A DNA stretch of 64,000 nt from Eledone cirrhosa (lineage: Eukaryota), in NCBI GenBank assembly GCA_964016885.1, contig OZ024740.1, forward strand, positions 87,544,001-87,608,000, read 5' to 3'. Made by a program: the position numbers and the translations under genes. Positions 39,581 to 53,400 of this stretch are shown here, in pieces. Position 1 is the stretch's first letter. Each line of letters starts with the position of its first letter. The notes beneath the pieces are model-generated. The model had not been told where the DNA came from. It did no database searches and worked only from the letters and a program-made list of their open reading frames with translations.

Positions 39581-40420
39581 ATGGGAGAGAGATTAACTAA
39601 TAAAGAGAAAATAATAGAGTATTGGGAATGAAGAGAGGGAGAGACTAAAGTAAAGTAGAATGAGGAGAGGAGGAGAGAAGGTTAGGGTGGAGGAGGGGAA
39701 GTGAAAGCAAGAGAAGCAAAAGAGAATTTAAAAAAAAATCACATAAATCAAAAATAAAAAAAATCCTTAAAAGTGAAACAAAAATTTAACTTGAAGAAAA
39801 ATGAGCAGGAGAAGCAGCAAAGTAAAAATCTGTTGTGGATGATGCCAAAGGAAATATATAAATATGAATAAAAGAAGATTCAGTGTTTGTTGTTATAAAG
39901 AGCATGCTATTAGCACTGCTTTTCTATGATGTGAAGAACTTAGCTATCCTGCCTACTAGTGCTTGAACAATTCCCTGTTGTCAGAGAATACACACAGGAT
40001 GTATCAGTGATTCCTCCTCCTCTTTCTTCTATTCTACCAAACAGACAAAACTCTCTGCCAGACCTACTTTAACTATGCTTCTATTTTCCATGCTCATTAA
40101 GATACATTATTTTTCCAAAGCAGTAAAGAGATTGCATGGATTTTATTGGTTGCTTTCTTATGAAGTATGTTTTCTTCACTTTTTTTTTTTTAAATATATA
40201 TTTTTTTATATTCTTCATCCAACCACAAGGTAAGATTATGAAAGACATATAGAAACACAGGAAATAGACAGGGATTTGTGGAGAAACCCGTTTTTACCTT
40301 TTCGTAAAACTTTTTATATTTATCTTCAATTCTTTGAAGAATTAAAAGTAAAAGAAAAAACTGTTTTGTAGTTGATATATAAATATCTATGATGTATTCT
40401 TATTGGCATTTTAAATTTAA

Positions 40421-40455
<35 letters not shown>

Positions 40456-41098
40456 AAAACAGCAATTGTTTTACATCTATTTTTCATGCTTGCATAGGTT
40501 AGTGAGGTTGTCACGCTCTGCGGCTAGACTAGCAGAACATATGTTCCCTTTTAGCATGGTTTCCATGGTTGGATATCCTTTCTAACACCAACCACTTCAC
40601 AGTGGAGGCTGGGTGCATTTTATTGAGACACCAGCAATTCCACTTCCCAGTGTGGGCCAAGTTTTGAGCACATTATGTTGTATTACCTATTGTGTACCAG
40701 CACATTGAAATGTGTGTGTTCTTGTTCAGGCTGGGATGACAATAATAGGGAGTAACTGTACTGCCTGTTACTAAAGTGTACTAAGTACATCTTGTAAAGT
40801 GTTAGTGTTGAATTCATGATAAAATGCACCCTTTAAAGTGGTAGAACTGGAGGCACAAAAATGCACACATGCTGGTGGAGTCTGTGTTATTGTTGCAGTA
40901 GTTTTTCATATCCAACTTTTTTTAAACAGGCAAGAACAGTTGGAGTGTGGGTATATTTATTTGAAATTATAGAAGTACTCAACCCTCCTTAAGAAATAAA
41001 AAGGAATATTAGCCATACTCAGCATTTGGGCTCTGAATCAAAACAATCTTACTGACTTTTACAACGTATGTGTGTCTCTTTCCTTCTCTACATATGTA

Positions 41099-41461
41099 CA
41101 GTGGTCCCCCGGTATTCACAGGGTTTACATTCCTAGAGCTCACGCAAAGAGTGAAAAAGTGCAAATATTGGACGTGATCCATAAAAATACCTATAAACAT
41201 CAAAATATAACGTAAAATATAATTAAAAATGTGGGAGTATCTTATGTGAAGGGGCGTCCAATAGGCCAACAAATACAGTATATTGTTATTAATAATTTAG
41301 CGTTAAAAAAATATATATTGCCATGAAAAATGCCATCATAAAAAAATCGTGGAAGATTTTTACGATTCCACGAATATGCGGTGGTTTCCACGAACAATTA
41401 TTAGTTAGGTTCTAAGGAAAATTCACAAATAACCAGGACCGCAAATGTCAGGGGTACACTG
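41099..41461. mobile_element. Tigger/pogo-like MITE
   Basis: TA|CAGTGGTCCCCCGGTATTCACAG...CGCAAATGTCAGGGGTACACTG|TA imperfect TIRs. Confidence 0.75.
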
Positions 41462-43604
41462 TATTTATATCAATACTCATTAAATATAAGGATTGGTGTC
41501 AAGAAAGGCATTGTATCATAGAATACTGCCCCACTGAAAAAACATTTGTTCAACCCATGTCATTATGGAAAAGTAGATGCAAAACCTATGATGGTAATGT
41601 GCTGTTTTGGTAGAGTATGTAGAAAAAAGATGAGGAAGGGATACAAATTTGTTTGTTATTGAGTTAGTTTCAGGTGAGCGGTCTGATACAGAAGGTCTTT
41701 GATGAAAGACATGCCAGACAAACATTCATAGTAATGCTAATACTAGAGATAGATACAGTAATGCATTTATATGAAAATATAGAAATGGTGAAATAAAGTA
41801 GAGAAAGAAGTTAGTATTCCTTGTATCAGGAAATATGTCAACAGTGACAGATAGAGCTAGTGTAAACAAATATCAAGGTCTTTATGAAGGATGGATTTGT
41901 TCAGTTTGAATACTAAAAATGTTTGTAATATTGGTCATGTTTCCTTGGGAAAATGAAAACTATGCAGAATAGAAGGAAGTTTAATCTTGCAGTGAACAAG
42001 GCAATCTCTCTAGTGTTAATGACATGATAAAATGCAAGCCATTCACTTCATAACGGGGTGATAATGTAGGATAGATAGGACTATTTAGTCATATCAAGGA
42101 CAATGGCAACCTCTCTAGTGTACTAGTGCAGCACACTTTGTAAAGCAGTTGGTGCTTGGAAAGAGTATCCAGCCATAGAAACCATAATAAAAGTGGAACA
42201 TATGAGCAAGATATGATCCTCTGGACTATCTTGAAAGACTAACTTAGAATAAGAATTGAATCCGACCATGACAACCTATCCAACCCACACCATCATGGAA
42301 GGTGGACATAGAAGTGATATTTATCCATTTTTCAATAGTACCATGAACAGATCATAATTTTTTTAGCTACAGGTCAGCCATAATAAAAACAATAACAAAA
42401 ATAAAAAGAAACCATGGTCAAAGCTGTTTTCATTATGGCATTTATTTTTTTAAACAGCATATCTGGAACATATCTGTCTTCCTCTTTTAGAAGGTAAATT
42501 ATGATTTGAAGGAGATTCTGTACCTATTTCTAGCAGCTCTCAGCAACTCTGTTTACAATTCCTAATACAAATCACTCAAATTTGACATATGACTAGGACC
42601 TGTTGTTGACCAAACAAGCTTTTCTATGTGTTTGACCAAAGGGTTGAACCCAATGGTAGTAGTATAGATCAAACTTCTAGCCATCTTGGCATTTCTCCAG
42701 TACTTTTTATACACTCAGCTATTAAAATTTATGTGAGTATCTATAAATTTTAGAAAATCTGAATCATAACTCTGCTTGTACCCATCCCTTCCCACACCTA
42801 CCTCTGTGAATATACATATATTAGTACAAACTGCAATGTTTCACAAGCACAAGAAATGTTAACATGCTCACAAAGTTTGGTTACTAGCCAAATACTAAAA
42901 TATTATTTTCTTTGTTGTTATTCTCATTGAGTCCAATTTACTCGACCAAACCTAGTGAAGTTACACGAGGAATTATAGATATAATTGATATCCAGAACAT
43001 TACTGGAAAGGATATCATCTTGGTTCTCTATTCAATGGAGGCTAGCTCACTATGACTTTACCTGATCAATATTCACAATCATTTCTGAAATGGTTCTTTC
43101 ATCTTTAAAAATTATCGCATCATTACTTTTACAGTCACTATTGTCAGAGCAAGTCAGTAATATTTTTTCCTTTTATTTCATAGTTGTTCTTTAATATGAT
43201 ATGGGTTATCTGTTTCTGCAAATTCTAACATCTGCTTAAAGTTTTAGTAATTTGAGGTTGCTTTACATGGTATTTTGATACTATTTTAAATATATTTAGT
43301 TATTTATTCATATACAATTTATATCTGTTGGTAAGAACAGATGTAGTTGTAGTAAATAAGACAGGGCCCATTATAATAATGTAGAGGGAATATGTCAATC
43401 ATATGTCTAATAAATCAGTGTGTGAACTTTTAAAGAGAATAATTATCTCTTTCTCACCTACCCACTCTAGTTTGTGTGTTGGCGCTCTCTAAAGTGTGTT
43501 GGTGCAAAAGCAGCAGGTAAGCATATAGCATATATATATATATATATATATAGCATATACCATATAACATAACTATATAGTACATAACACACACACATAT
43601 ATAA

Positions 43605-43658
43605 TCATCATCATCATCGTTTAACGTCCATCTTCCACGCTTGCATGGGTTTGGACGG
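43605..43658 (-). mobile_element. Minimal RTE A/B terminal fragment
   Basis: (CAT)n CGTTTAACGTCCATCTTCCACGCTTGCATGGGTTTGGACGG within (TA)n. Confidence 0.8.
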
Positions 43659-45105
43659 AATATATATATATATACAATATAACATTTATATATAGCATAT
43701 AACATCTAACATATATATTACATTACATACACACACACATTCATGCACGCACACATCCAATTACCTAATGCATTACTAATTAATCTATAATTGACTGCTG
43801 TTCTTTTGCACTACCTGAACTCCTAGGATTTCCACTATCCACTTGTAATTTAAAAGATATGAGTATGACATGTCAAAATTGTATTTCATAATTGACAACT
43901 ATCGTGCAAAGTGATTTTTTTTAAAAATCAATTTGAAATCCGCTTACATCAATTTATTCTTTATCATATTCCAAAATTAAGATACTACTACAATAATTTA
44001 ATGTAATGCTAAAATGTTCAAGCTTGTACGTTGGTTTTAATCAAATAAGAATCCAATGATTATCAGCCTTGTCAGTTAATGCCTGTATTACTACTACTCT
44101 AGTAATAACTGGATAAATCTGCAGAGCAGTTTATTTCCATGCACTATAACCCCATGTCAAATATGTAGGTCATAGGTATTTAGAAGAGATATAAAAAAAA
44201 AAACTTACAGTAGTGCTCCAGCATGGTCTCAACAGTATATTACTTTATCATTTAAATCAGCTGTATCTGGCCAGAATTCTCGCACCCCTTTCTATTCAAA
44301 CTGGCCATAACTAGCCACTCATACTGACTTTAGGGTATTGTTCTCAAAGTAAATAATAGCAAAATCTCATAGATTTGATATTATGCGAGATAATTATGTG
44401 TGGTAAAGCCTTTACCATGAAAATACAATAGTAAATATAGAGTAATATAAATGCTAAAGAGTTAAAACATAAATATATCCTCTTCTATTTGCTGGGCATG
44501 GCTGGAGGGTTAGTTGTTTAGATGCAGTTTTGTTTGGCTACAACAAATGTAATATAACCATAAACTATCAAATTATGAAAAGAATTTGCTATTGCACCAA
44601 GCAACGCATAACTTATTCGTTATTAATTTGAATTTTTTCGATTTCATATCTCAGCGACAAATATGAAGCATTGATGTTGAGAATAAGTTTCTACTTCTAA
44701 TTAGTAAGATCGATTTGATTGGTCAATACCATTTTCACTTTGCCATGAAAGTTCCTTTTTTGTTCCCCTAAAGGAGATGTTTTAAGCACCAAGACGACAG
44801 AACAAACAAATGAGAACACCAATAAGAAAACCAATTTGAAAATGTCTATTTTTTCAATAAAGCTTTTTTTGATAGAATCGAGTAGAAAAAGGTTACCGAG
44901 TCCTGGAAAATACTCCCTATCATTCAGATGAAATGGAAAGCTGTATAGTTTAAATATGATAATGTGTAGGGTAAGTTAAAAAAATGCGAGATTTAAGTTG
45001 GGATCAGTACAAAAGGTCGTGTAAACGTTTGAGGGAATACAACAAATTGAATTGAATTAAAAATGTCAACGACAACACAATTACGCCAAGTCATCAGACA
45101 ACACG

Positions 45106-47102
45106 TCAAAAAACTGTCAATGAGACCCTTGTGCTTGTTTTTGATCCATTCACAAGTTTAGAAATCCTCGGCTCTATGTGGCTCAAGCGAAGTCTCAAAT
45201 CGGCATTGTTGTCGAGGATCAAACGCCTCCGCTGCTTTGTGTATGTGTGGAAGACAATGGAAAATCCCTTTTCAGCCAAGTAAGATGTAGGGAGATTTAT
45301 TATGAAAGGCTCGACTTGTTCAAACAGCTTCAACCAAGCCTCGACACAGTTAGTTTCAGAAAATTTAGGCAGATTATCATCTACCGTTGCCTCACAGAGC
45401 TCCATCTGAAGACATTCTGGTTGAACAAGTATGTCATTCATAGACATTGTGTGAAGAGAATCCACAAAAATTGGGATATTTAAAGCTAAAAGATCTTCAA
45501 AACGATTATTGAAGTTTTCGTGAAGGAAAGATAGATGCTCGATTATAGATTTGTGCAAATCATCATTATCTACCACAACAGTTTTTAAGCTCTCGAACTG
45601 CGAAAAGTTATGATCTTCAATTTGAATTTTCCATAGAACGAGCTTATTCATGAAAGCCCTTATCACGTGTTTGGCACATACAACGTTGATGTTCTGCTTT
45701 TGCAAAGAAAGGTTGAGATCATTTAGTTTTTGAAAGATATCATGTAAGTACAAAATTGCAGGTTTTTTCTCAGAATGTGATGCTGTCATAATTGGATCAG
45801 TCTGTTGAAGAAATTCTATGACTTTATCGAAGAGTGCAACAAAACGTCCAAGGCAGCTTCCCATTGATAGCCAGCGTATATCTGTTGAATATAACAGACG
45901 GTTGAATGTTTCATCTTTACAAGCTTCTTGGAAAAGCGTGTCCCAAAGACCAGATCTTTTGATCTTGTTGACTGCGGAAACAATTGTGTTAAGGATTTCA
46001 GCAAAGGTATAACTTATATTGATATGATGTTGTGGGGATCAATGTCATTTTTAGTGAGACACTCCATGACTGCATTGTAGATCATATCTCCAGTGTTTTT
46101 CAGTACAGTTGTCATAAAAAGTAGGTTTTTACAAACCGTGGTCCCTTTTACATAGCGAGCAAAAGCAAGCACAACACATTGGTTGTCAAAAGTGCTGTCA
46201 TCCACCGTCAACAAAAATCTGCAGTGTCGCAATTCTTCTACAACTGTAGATTTGACATCTTGAACCATTTCAGAAATGTGGGAAGATACCGTGCTGTTGG
46301 AAAGTGGAATATTTTGCTAAAACTGAGGCAGCGTTCGACACATTAGCAACTTTATATCCTTCAAGTATTGTGGGGCTAATCAAGTCTTCGCCAATGGTAT
46401 GTGAGTGACCCTGTTTTGCTATCATGAGCGAAATGTTGTAGGACGATTGCAGACCAGAACTGTTGTTAGCATGGGATAGGAAAATGTTCAGTGATGCAGA
46501 TGAGGCATTTTTTTTTGCAAAGATATTCTTCAAAGTACTTCCTAGGCTTGCCATATAAATCGGGATGGACTTGTTTTTGATGATACAATAATTTCGAAGG
46601 TTTCATTGAGTCGTTAGTTAATATTTTTGAGCAGATGATACACTGTGGTAATGAAGGATCTTCTGCGCTGGATAAAAAACCATATCTGATATAATCTGAG
46701 TTATATCGTCTACAAAATCGTTTTTCCATATCACTGACAAAATTTCTACAGACTACAATTAGATTAACACTTGCGTAAAAACGTACGTACCTGGAGAGAT
46801 AATATGTTATGTTGGGTAAGCTGTAAGAACTGGTTTCGCTAGTAATCCTCAATTCAAAAGTCAGGTAGAAAACACGATTGTGTCGACCGACCGAGAGCAC
46901 GCGATTTGTTGTGTGTTTTTATGCGTGCTAACATCTGTACGCGTATGATTGGATAGCTAATTATCCAATAGGAAAGGCGTGCTCTCAAGTGCACTCACAG
47001 GTGCGAGGTGTGATGAGGTATGTTTCGTTTGTGTGACGTGTGCGTGTACGGAAGAATTTAAATTTTTAAGGTGGTCCCCATGGACCAGGTTGAGAACCCC
47101 TG
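45106..47102 (-). mobile_element. hAT (Charlie/Buster-like) transposon with a frameshifted transposase pseudogene; far end unresolved
   Basis: TIR CAGGGGTTCTCAACCTGG (reverse complement, ending 47102), BED finger CIIC...H....H, LTVDDST, YLHDIFQKLNDLNLSLQ and PTSYLAEKGFS over five ORF pieces. Confidence 0.9.
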
Positions 47103-47150
47103 GTTTAGAGTATAGTTTTTATTTCATAACTCCATTACGTAATAATTTTT

Positions 47151-47196
47151 GTTTTACCAGTTTCCGACCATTTTGAAAGTCATATTCAGTCAAAAC
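47151..47196 (-). ncRNA. Degenerate minimal hammerhead ribozyme
   Basis: Minus strand reads CUGAAUA-UGAC-UUUCAAAAUG-GUCG-GAAAC-UG-GUA, with one core substitution. Confidence 0.35.
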
Positions 47197-47942
47197 ATAT
47201 TTAAAACAAAAGAAAATATGAATTTCACATCAGAAGTGAAACCAGTGTAATATTTCCCTCCAAAATGAAGCTGGTGCAAACCAAAAATATTTTAACAACT
47301 CATTTACGTAGAATTTTGAAGTGGGTGAAAATCGGCAAAATATTGAACTCAAATATAAGCCAACCCCCTCTATTTTACCATTGTTTTTTTCTTTTTTGTC
47401 ACATATTTCTCAGCTTATATACGAGTATATATGCCATGTTCCCCCACCTCAACCCACATCGCAGACTGTTTTTGCTGTCAGATCCATTGTAGGTTTGATC
47501 AGAAGATTGTATGTAGGCAACATTTGAATGTGAAAAACATAGATGACAGCTAATAGTCTATTAATATTGCTGTACAGAGCGGACATAACTGAATCTTGGC
47601 ATACTTCTGAGTATGGATCAGAGAAACCCACACTAGTACACTATGATTTAGCTGGAGGTTTCCAATACAAAATGTGAGAGTTTGTAATTGGGCAGGTAAG
47701 CTAGAATATTCTTAGATATGATCAAATTTAATATCAATACACTCTATATAAATCTTGTAGTATCTCTGATAGTTGATCACTTTTTCAATCACTTCTGATA
47801 AACCTGTTTCTTGAGTTTATATTGCACAAATCAATATGTCATCTATCAGCTTCATTTTGGTTCTCTTCTCATAAACCATCACATTTGTAACATACTATTA
47901 CTACTACTAATAATTATAATAATAATGGCAACAACGATAACA

Positions 47943-48150
47943 ATTGTTTCTAGTTTAGGCCAGCAATTTGAAGGGGAGGGTAAAATTGATTAAATCGACC
48001 CCAGTGTGTAACTGATACTTTATTTTATTGGCCCCGTAAGGATGAAAGGCAAAGCTAACAACAATGAGATTTGAACTCAAAACATCAAGGGCCACAACTC
48101 TATGTTGTGAAGCATGATGTCCGACACTTTATTGATACTGCCAATCCACC
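47943..48150 (-). mobile_element. tRNA-derived SINE (abundant family)
   Basis: Reverse-complement core GGATGAAAGGCAAAG and B-box GATTTGAACTC. Confidence 0.8.
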
Positions 48151-50149
48151 ACCACAACAATAATAATAATAATAATTTCCCTCCGGGTTTATGCACCTCA
48201 TGTAGTCTTATCAATGATTATATTTCTTTGGTTAAGTGAAATAGTTTTGCTGGTATTTCATGTTTCTAGGAAAGAGACAATTGTGTTTAAGTCATGAATA
48301 GGTGCCAAACTGTCTGGGAATATTCTTGAGCTCCATGCCTTTCTGGAGAAGACAATGCAGAAACTATGTCGGAATATCATTTCATAGAAATTACTGTAGG
48401 TGTTTGATCATCAGGTCTTATTTTCCACCGACTTGTATTCAAATAACTGTATCACTATTTCTAGAGAGTAATCCACACAGGTTCATTAATTATAATTATT
48501 TGCTTTTACTGCTGGTTGCATCATAGCATGTGGTATACTATTTTAGTTCCTAATCTAAATTACACATCAGAAATATCTTCTCTACAATTTATATTATGAT
48601 GTCACCCCATCTCACACTTCCAGTCATTACCATCCCTATAAAGCTCCTAGAGTACCACTTTTGTGTTTGCATCTATTGATAATGTTGCTCAGAGACTATC
48701 TTCAATAACATCATTAGTTTTATATTTAAAACTGATGCATTATGCTTTGTTCATCAAATCCCAACTAATCTCTATAGTTAATCTATTTTGTTATTTTATT
48801 ACTTGCTACCTGGATGATAATAAATACTTCCCTGCTGCCATCTTTCATTTTCATCATTTCAACAATTGAGAGTAAACCTAAAATATCCTAGCTACACTCT
48901 TCCTCAATGGCTTCTTGATTTTTCTTGAATCTATGTCATGTACAACTTAAGCATTTCACACTTTTCACCCCATTGTACATAAGATATTGAAGGCTTTATA
49001 GATTCTGCTTCTTTGTCATCAAAGTTAATCTGGTTTAAACTTGCTGTTCAGCCTCTAGATTTAATTCCATTTTACTTTCTTCTAAACTTCCAAGCTGTTC
49101 TTTTATTGCTGAATTTCGTAATTAATCTACCTTTATTGCCTAAGCTTTTAATGCAAATCTCCAATTCACCATTTCTACTTTTCTGTTCAAATATGCATCC
49201 TTTTCCTGTATCAACAAGAATTTAGCTTCAGAAAAGGCACAGGCATGGCTGTATGGTTAAGAAGTTTGCTTTGCAGCCATATGTTTTGAAGTTTGCATCT
49301 TAAGCAAATGTTTTCTATAGCTTTGGGTTGACCGATGCCATGTAAATGAATTTGAGAGGTGATGGAAACTAAGGAAACCCATTTTGCGTGTGCGTGCATG
49401 CGTGTCAACCACCATGTGTGTCTTCATATGAGCACGATTTAAAATACGTGGCGATGTTTCTTTGTCCAACATAAACAATATATCCCAAACAGTTTAATAT
49501 TTAAATATAAAGTATTAGTTAGTCCCAGGAAGGGTGTCTAGCCATAGACAAAACCTTTCTGAAAATATCTCATCTAGCCTATATTAACACAGAAAAGTGG
49601 ACACTAGGACAATGATGTTGAAAGTTGTTGGTTGTTCATTTTGCATATCTTCTTCCAAATATTATTTTAACCTAAACTTACTTATCAATACAGAGTTCTT
49701 TTACTATTTACTTTGTGAAATTCTAGTCAGAATAAGATCTGGACTGGAAGGTAATGCATTGTTCATTTATCAGTGTTTTTAACAACATGCCACAGATCAT
49801 AGAGCCGGAAGTTTTAATAAGTTCTAAGATATCCTAAGATTGTTAAACTGTAAAGGCATTTAGAGAAAAACACTTCAAACCAAGATTACCTAATCATTCT
49901 GTTTCCTTAACTATAAAATAAGAATAGGTCAATAGCATCAGGCCTATCATCTCTTAAGAAATTAACAAGAGATTTTCTGATTAATGTTATATTGGTAGTA
50001 GTATTAACTGATTTCGCTACTAGTGAAATCTTAATGGTTGAAATGTTAAAAACATCAAAAACAATTTTACAAACAAAAAGATTTATTTTTCAATTACTAA
50101 TACAAAAACAAAAACATGAATAAATAAAAATATATATTACCTAAAAGAA

Positions 50150-50900
50150 TTGCCATTAAATTGGATTTTACAGATAATTGCAAATCAAGATTTTTAAGAA
50201 GGATAATGAATTATCTGACCTGTCTCAAAAGATGTTATCCGGCATGATATACGATACAAATAAATTGGTTTCTGCTTAAACGAAAGGAGAAATCAAAAGA
50301 ATTTGCAGGCCTTTTAACTGACGAAATTCCCGCTGAGTTCCAAATAAGAAGAAAATAATAAAATTGTAAAAACAAAGAAATGAATAAATTCTATAGACTA
50401 TAAATTCTACTGACTATAAACACCTCTTAAACATGGAATTGAGGATAGTCTTTTTACTTTTCTATTTATCAAAACATAAGTTATTTTATTCTTATTTTAT
50501 ATTTTTGGTATGCTATCTTCGAGAAATTTATATAAGTAGGGTGGACATTTCCACAGAAATTAGTGAGTTAGTTTTTACTGATAGGAAAGAGTTTGCAAAC
50601 AGACACTGAACAAAAACACTCAATCTTTGGAGGCACACCATGGCTGGAAAGCTAGGTGCAAGTAATGTTCAGATAGTCCTTTTGGCCCTGACTGCCATGT
50701 CTTTTCCAAATATATTATATATCCAGGAGACAGTCTTAAAAATTGTTGACTACAGTGGATAACTGTGTATAAGGAAGATGTACACAATATCTGAGGACGA
50801 ATCCAAATAGATTCAAAACTCAAGCCAGATTGTTCACTTTCTTTTGGTTCACAAAGAAATATGTAATAAAGACGCTTACATATTTCAGTAAGTGTACTAA
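50150..50900 (+). pseudogene. Possible highly decayed CACTA/EnSpm-like transposase relic (a further piece may lie near 53550-53870)
   Basis: Only short remnants, IPAEFQ and FGP(L)DC..FP, with many stops. Confidence 0.25.
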
Positions 50901-53151
50901 CACATCCATGCAGTTTTGGTTAAATCTTGTGCTGTTTTTATATAGATATGTATTTATCATATATCCATTTATATAATTGCTGCACTAAAGTAAAAATGTG
51001 TGTACGTAATTTACAATCAGGTTTCAAAAGGAAAGAATATATACTAGAAGAAATCCAACCCCTTCTGGCACTCAGCCATTGGATAGTGTTTCTCCTAGTG
51101 TTATAATAAAGACAGCATGATGTATTTGTAGAGATTGTGAGGCTTAGCATTTGTAGCAACTGTGAGAATTTTTAGCTGTGTATTGCTCATGTATATGAAT
51201 TGTACAGTGTCAGACTGTCTTCTTCATATTTAAATCAATTGTGTCATGTTACTACTGGGAAAAATTTCAAGGTCATTCTCCATGGAGTCGTGGTAGGGAA
51301 TGGGATAGCAATGATACAATTCCTGCCTGGATGAAGAGTTTGTGTTACATGTGTATGCTTTTGGATAAGAAGGGAGAGGAGTGTTGGTTTAGTGTCACAT
51401 GACACAATGTTGGTTTGGTTCTACATGAAAGATAAGCCTCAGTTTGAGAATTCCAGTGTTACATGTCAAAGATATGAGGGTATTGGTTTACTCCTGTGGG
51501 AGGAAAGACAAAGTATACATGCAGGGCCTCAGAGAAATTTATCAAGGTATAACATGACTGCTTTCAACTCCCCTCCTAAGGATAAGGAGCAAAGCTCTTC
51601 TCAAAATTAAGGGAGGCTGAAATATTTTTAATGGTGAGAGAGGGGTAGGTGTCAGATAGACATGTCTCTCTGGGCCAATATACTGGCAGAAACTCCCTCT
51701 CTCTCTGAGATGCCCTATAAAATGAAAAATGTTCAAGTGGGATGCTGTGAATCTAATACATTAATTCAGATAGAATATACAACAGATTGGGATGCTGGCA
51801 AGGCTATGTGGTATAGAAGTTCGCCTCACAACCATGGTTTGGGGTTTGATCCCATTGTGTGACATCTTGGCTAAATGTCTACAACTGTAGCTTTGAATTG
51901 CTGAGTGGGAGGGAAATTTGGTTGGTGGAAACTAAACAGAAGTCCATTATTCTGCGTGTATGTGTGTGTGTGTATGTGTGTGTGTGCATGTGTGTGTGTG
52001 TGTATGTATGAGTGTATGTGTGTGTGGGTGTATATTTCTTCAAATTGACATTGCTTAAAAACCAGTAATGTTTGTTAATGTTCAGCAGCCCAGCCACTTA
52101 ATATTATCATGGAAAAATGGTGCTTCTGCTGCTGATGATGATGACAGGCAAAAAAATGGCATGTAGATAAGATGCAGAACTAAACACTTATATGAATTCC
52201 TGATTATAATATTACAATAGTATGATTTGAAAAAAAGAAACGAAGAAGGGCAGTCTCATTAATTTGAAGAAGCAATGAGAAGAGAATCAGAAGATGATTC
52301 TGAAGTATTAAAGAAAAAACATCAATCATAAATATTGCCATTTGAGAATTGATAAATTTGTTACAGGCACCAAAGTATTAATTTCACATCTGGTGTAGGA
52401 AAAGTTTCTTCGAATAATCTTGAATGCATTTTTTTACAGATATATACTGTTAGTTAAATGACTATTACACTATAGAGGGCTTAACAATAAAGCCTGTATA
52501 TATTTTTGACATACAGTTCCTCTTTAATTGATTATATTTCCAACTACGACAAAAGAAAGTGGTGGTATATATTTGAAAAAACAAAAATAGGTGGTATAGC
52601 TACATAGTTTTGGGGTAACAATTCTATCATCCCCATCATTTAATGCCTGACATCCCTGCTTACAAGCTTTGGGCAAGTCTTTGTAGACTGAGTTAGTACT
52701 TAGGCAGAGCTATAGACTTCTTAAATGTGCAGGGGCCTGCATCTTGCTTACATATGTTCCTGCATTATACAAAGTTCTCAGATGAGCTGGAGGCCTGCAT
52801 CTTGCTTGCGTACATACATTCTTGTGCTCTTCCAAGATGTGCACCTTCATAGTGCTAGAAGGTTGTCATATATTTGACACAACTCAAGAGACCTTTATTC
52901 TTGTTTGGGGAGAATAAATTTGTTAATGGTGCAAAATTTCTTTTTATCCATTATATCAAGACTGGTGAACAACAGTGTTGTTGATTACAGATTTTCCAGC
53001 GGTCAATCACTGGCTGGTTCACTACATTCCTGATTGTATAATGTGGTGCAGTCTAGAGGACAGTAACACTGAGTAAGAACTGAATTGGACCAACATGACC
53101 CATAAAACCCATGCCAGCATGGAAAGTAGATGTAAACTGATGATGATGATG

Positions 53152-53183
<32 letters not shown>

Positions 53184-53189
53184 CCATTT

Positions 53190-53400
53190 TGTATGGCCAG
53201 CATTTACTTATGCAGCTGTCAATCCCCATGCATATCACATATTCATGCCAACAGTCTTCTTTCTTGCACATTATATTTGATTCCTTTTACATTCAGCTCA
53301 TCAGTGCTCCACTGTTCATGCACACTAATATTACAGATGCAGTGGAGCATGCATGCTTTATTCTTTTTCTTTCCATCACTCAATGGTATGCGTGTTTGTG
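53190..53400 (-). mobile_element. Old RTE fragment
   Basis: NKACMLHCICNISVHEQWSTDEL..KGIKYNVQERRL is homologous to the RTE C-terminus. Confidence 0.7.

Noticed and set aside
44516-44530. Left end of the hAT element
   Set aside because: The TSD-like GTTTAGAT is not followed by a recognisable CAGGGGTTCTCAA TIR.
51200-51750. Possible RTE 5' UTR or endonuclease start
   Set aside because: Too decayed to support by eye.
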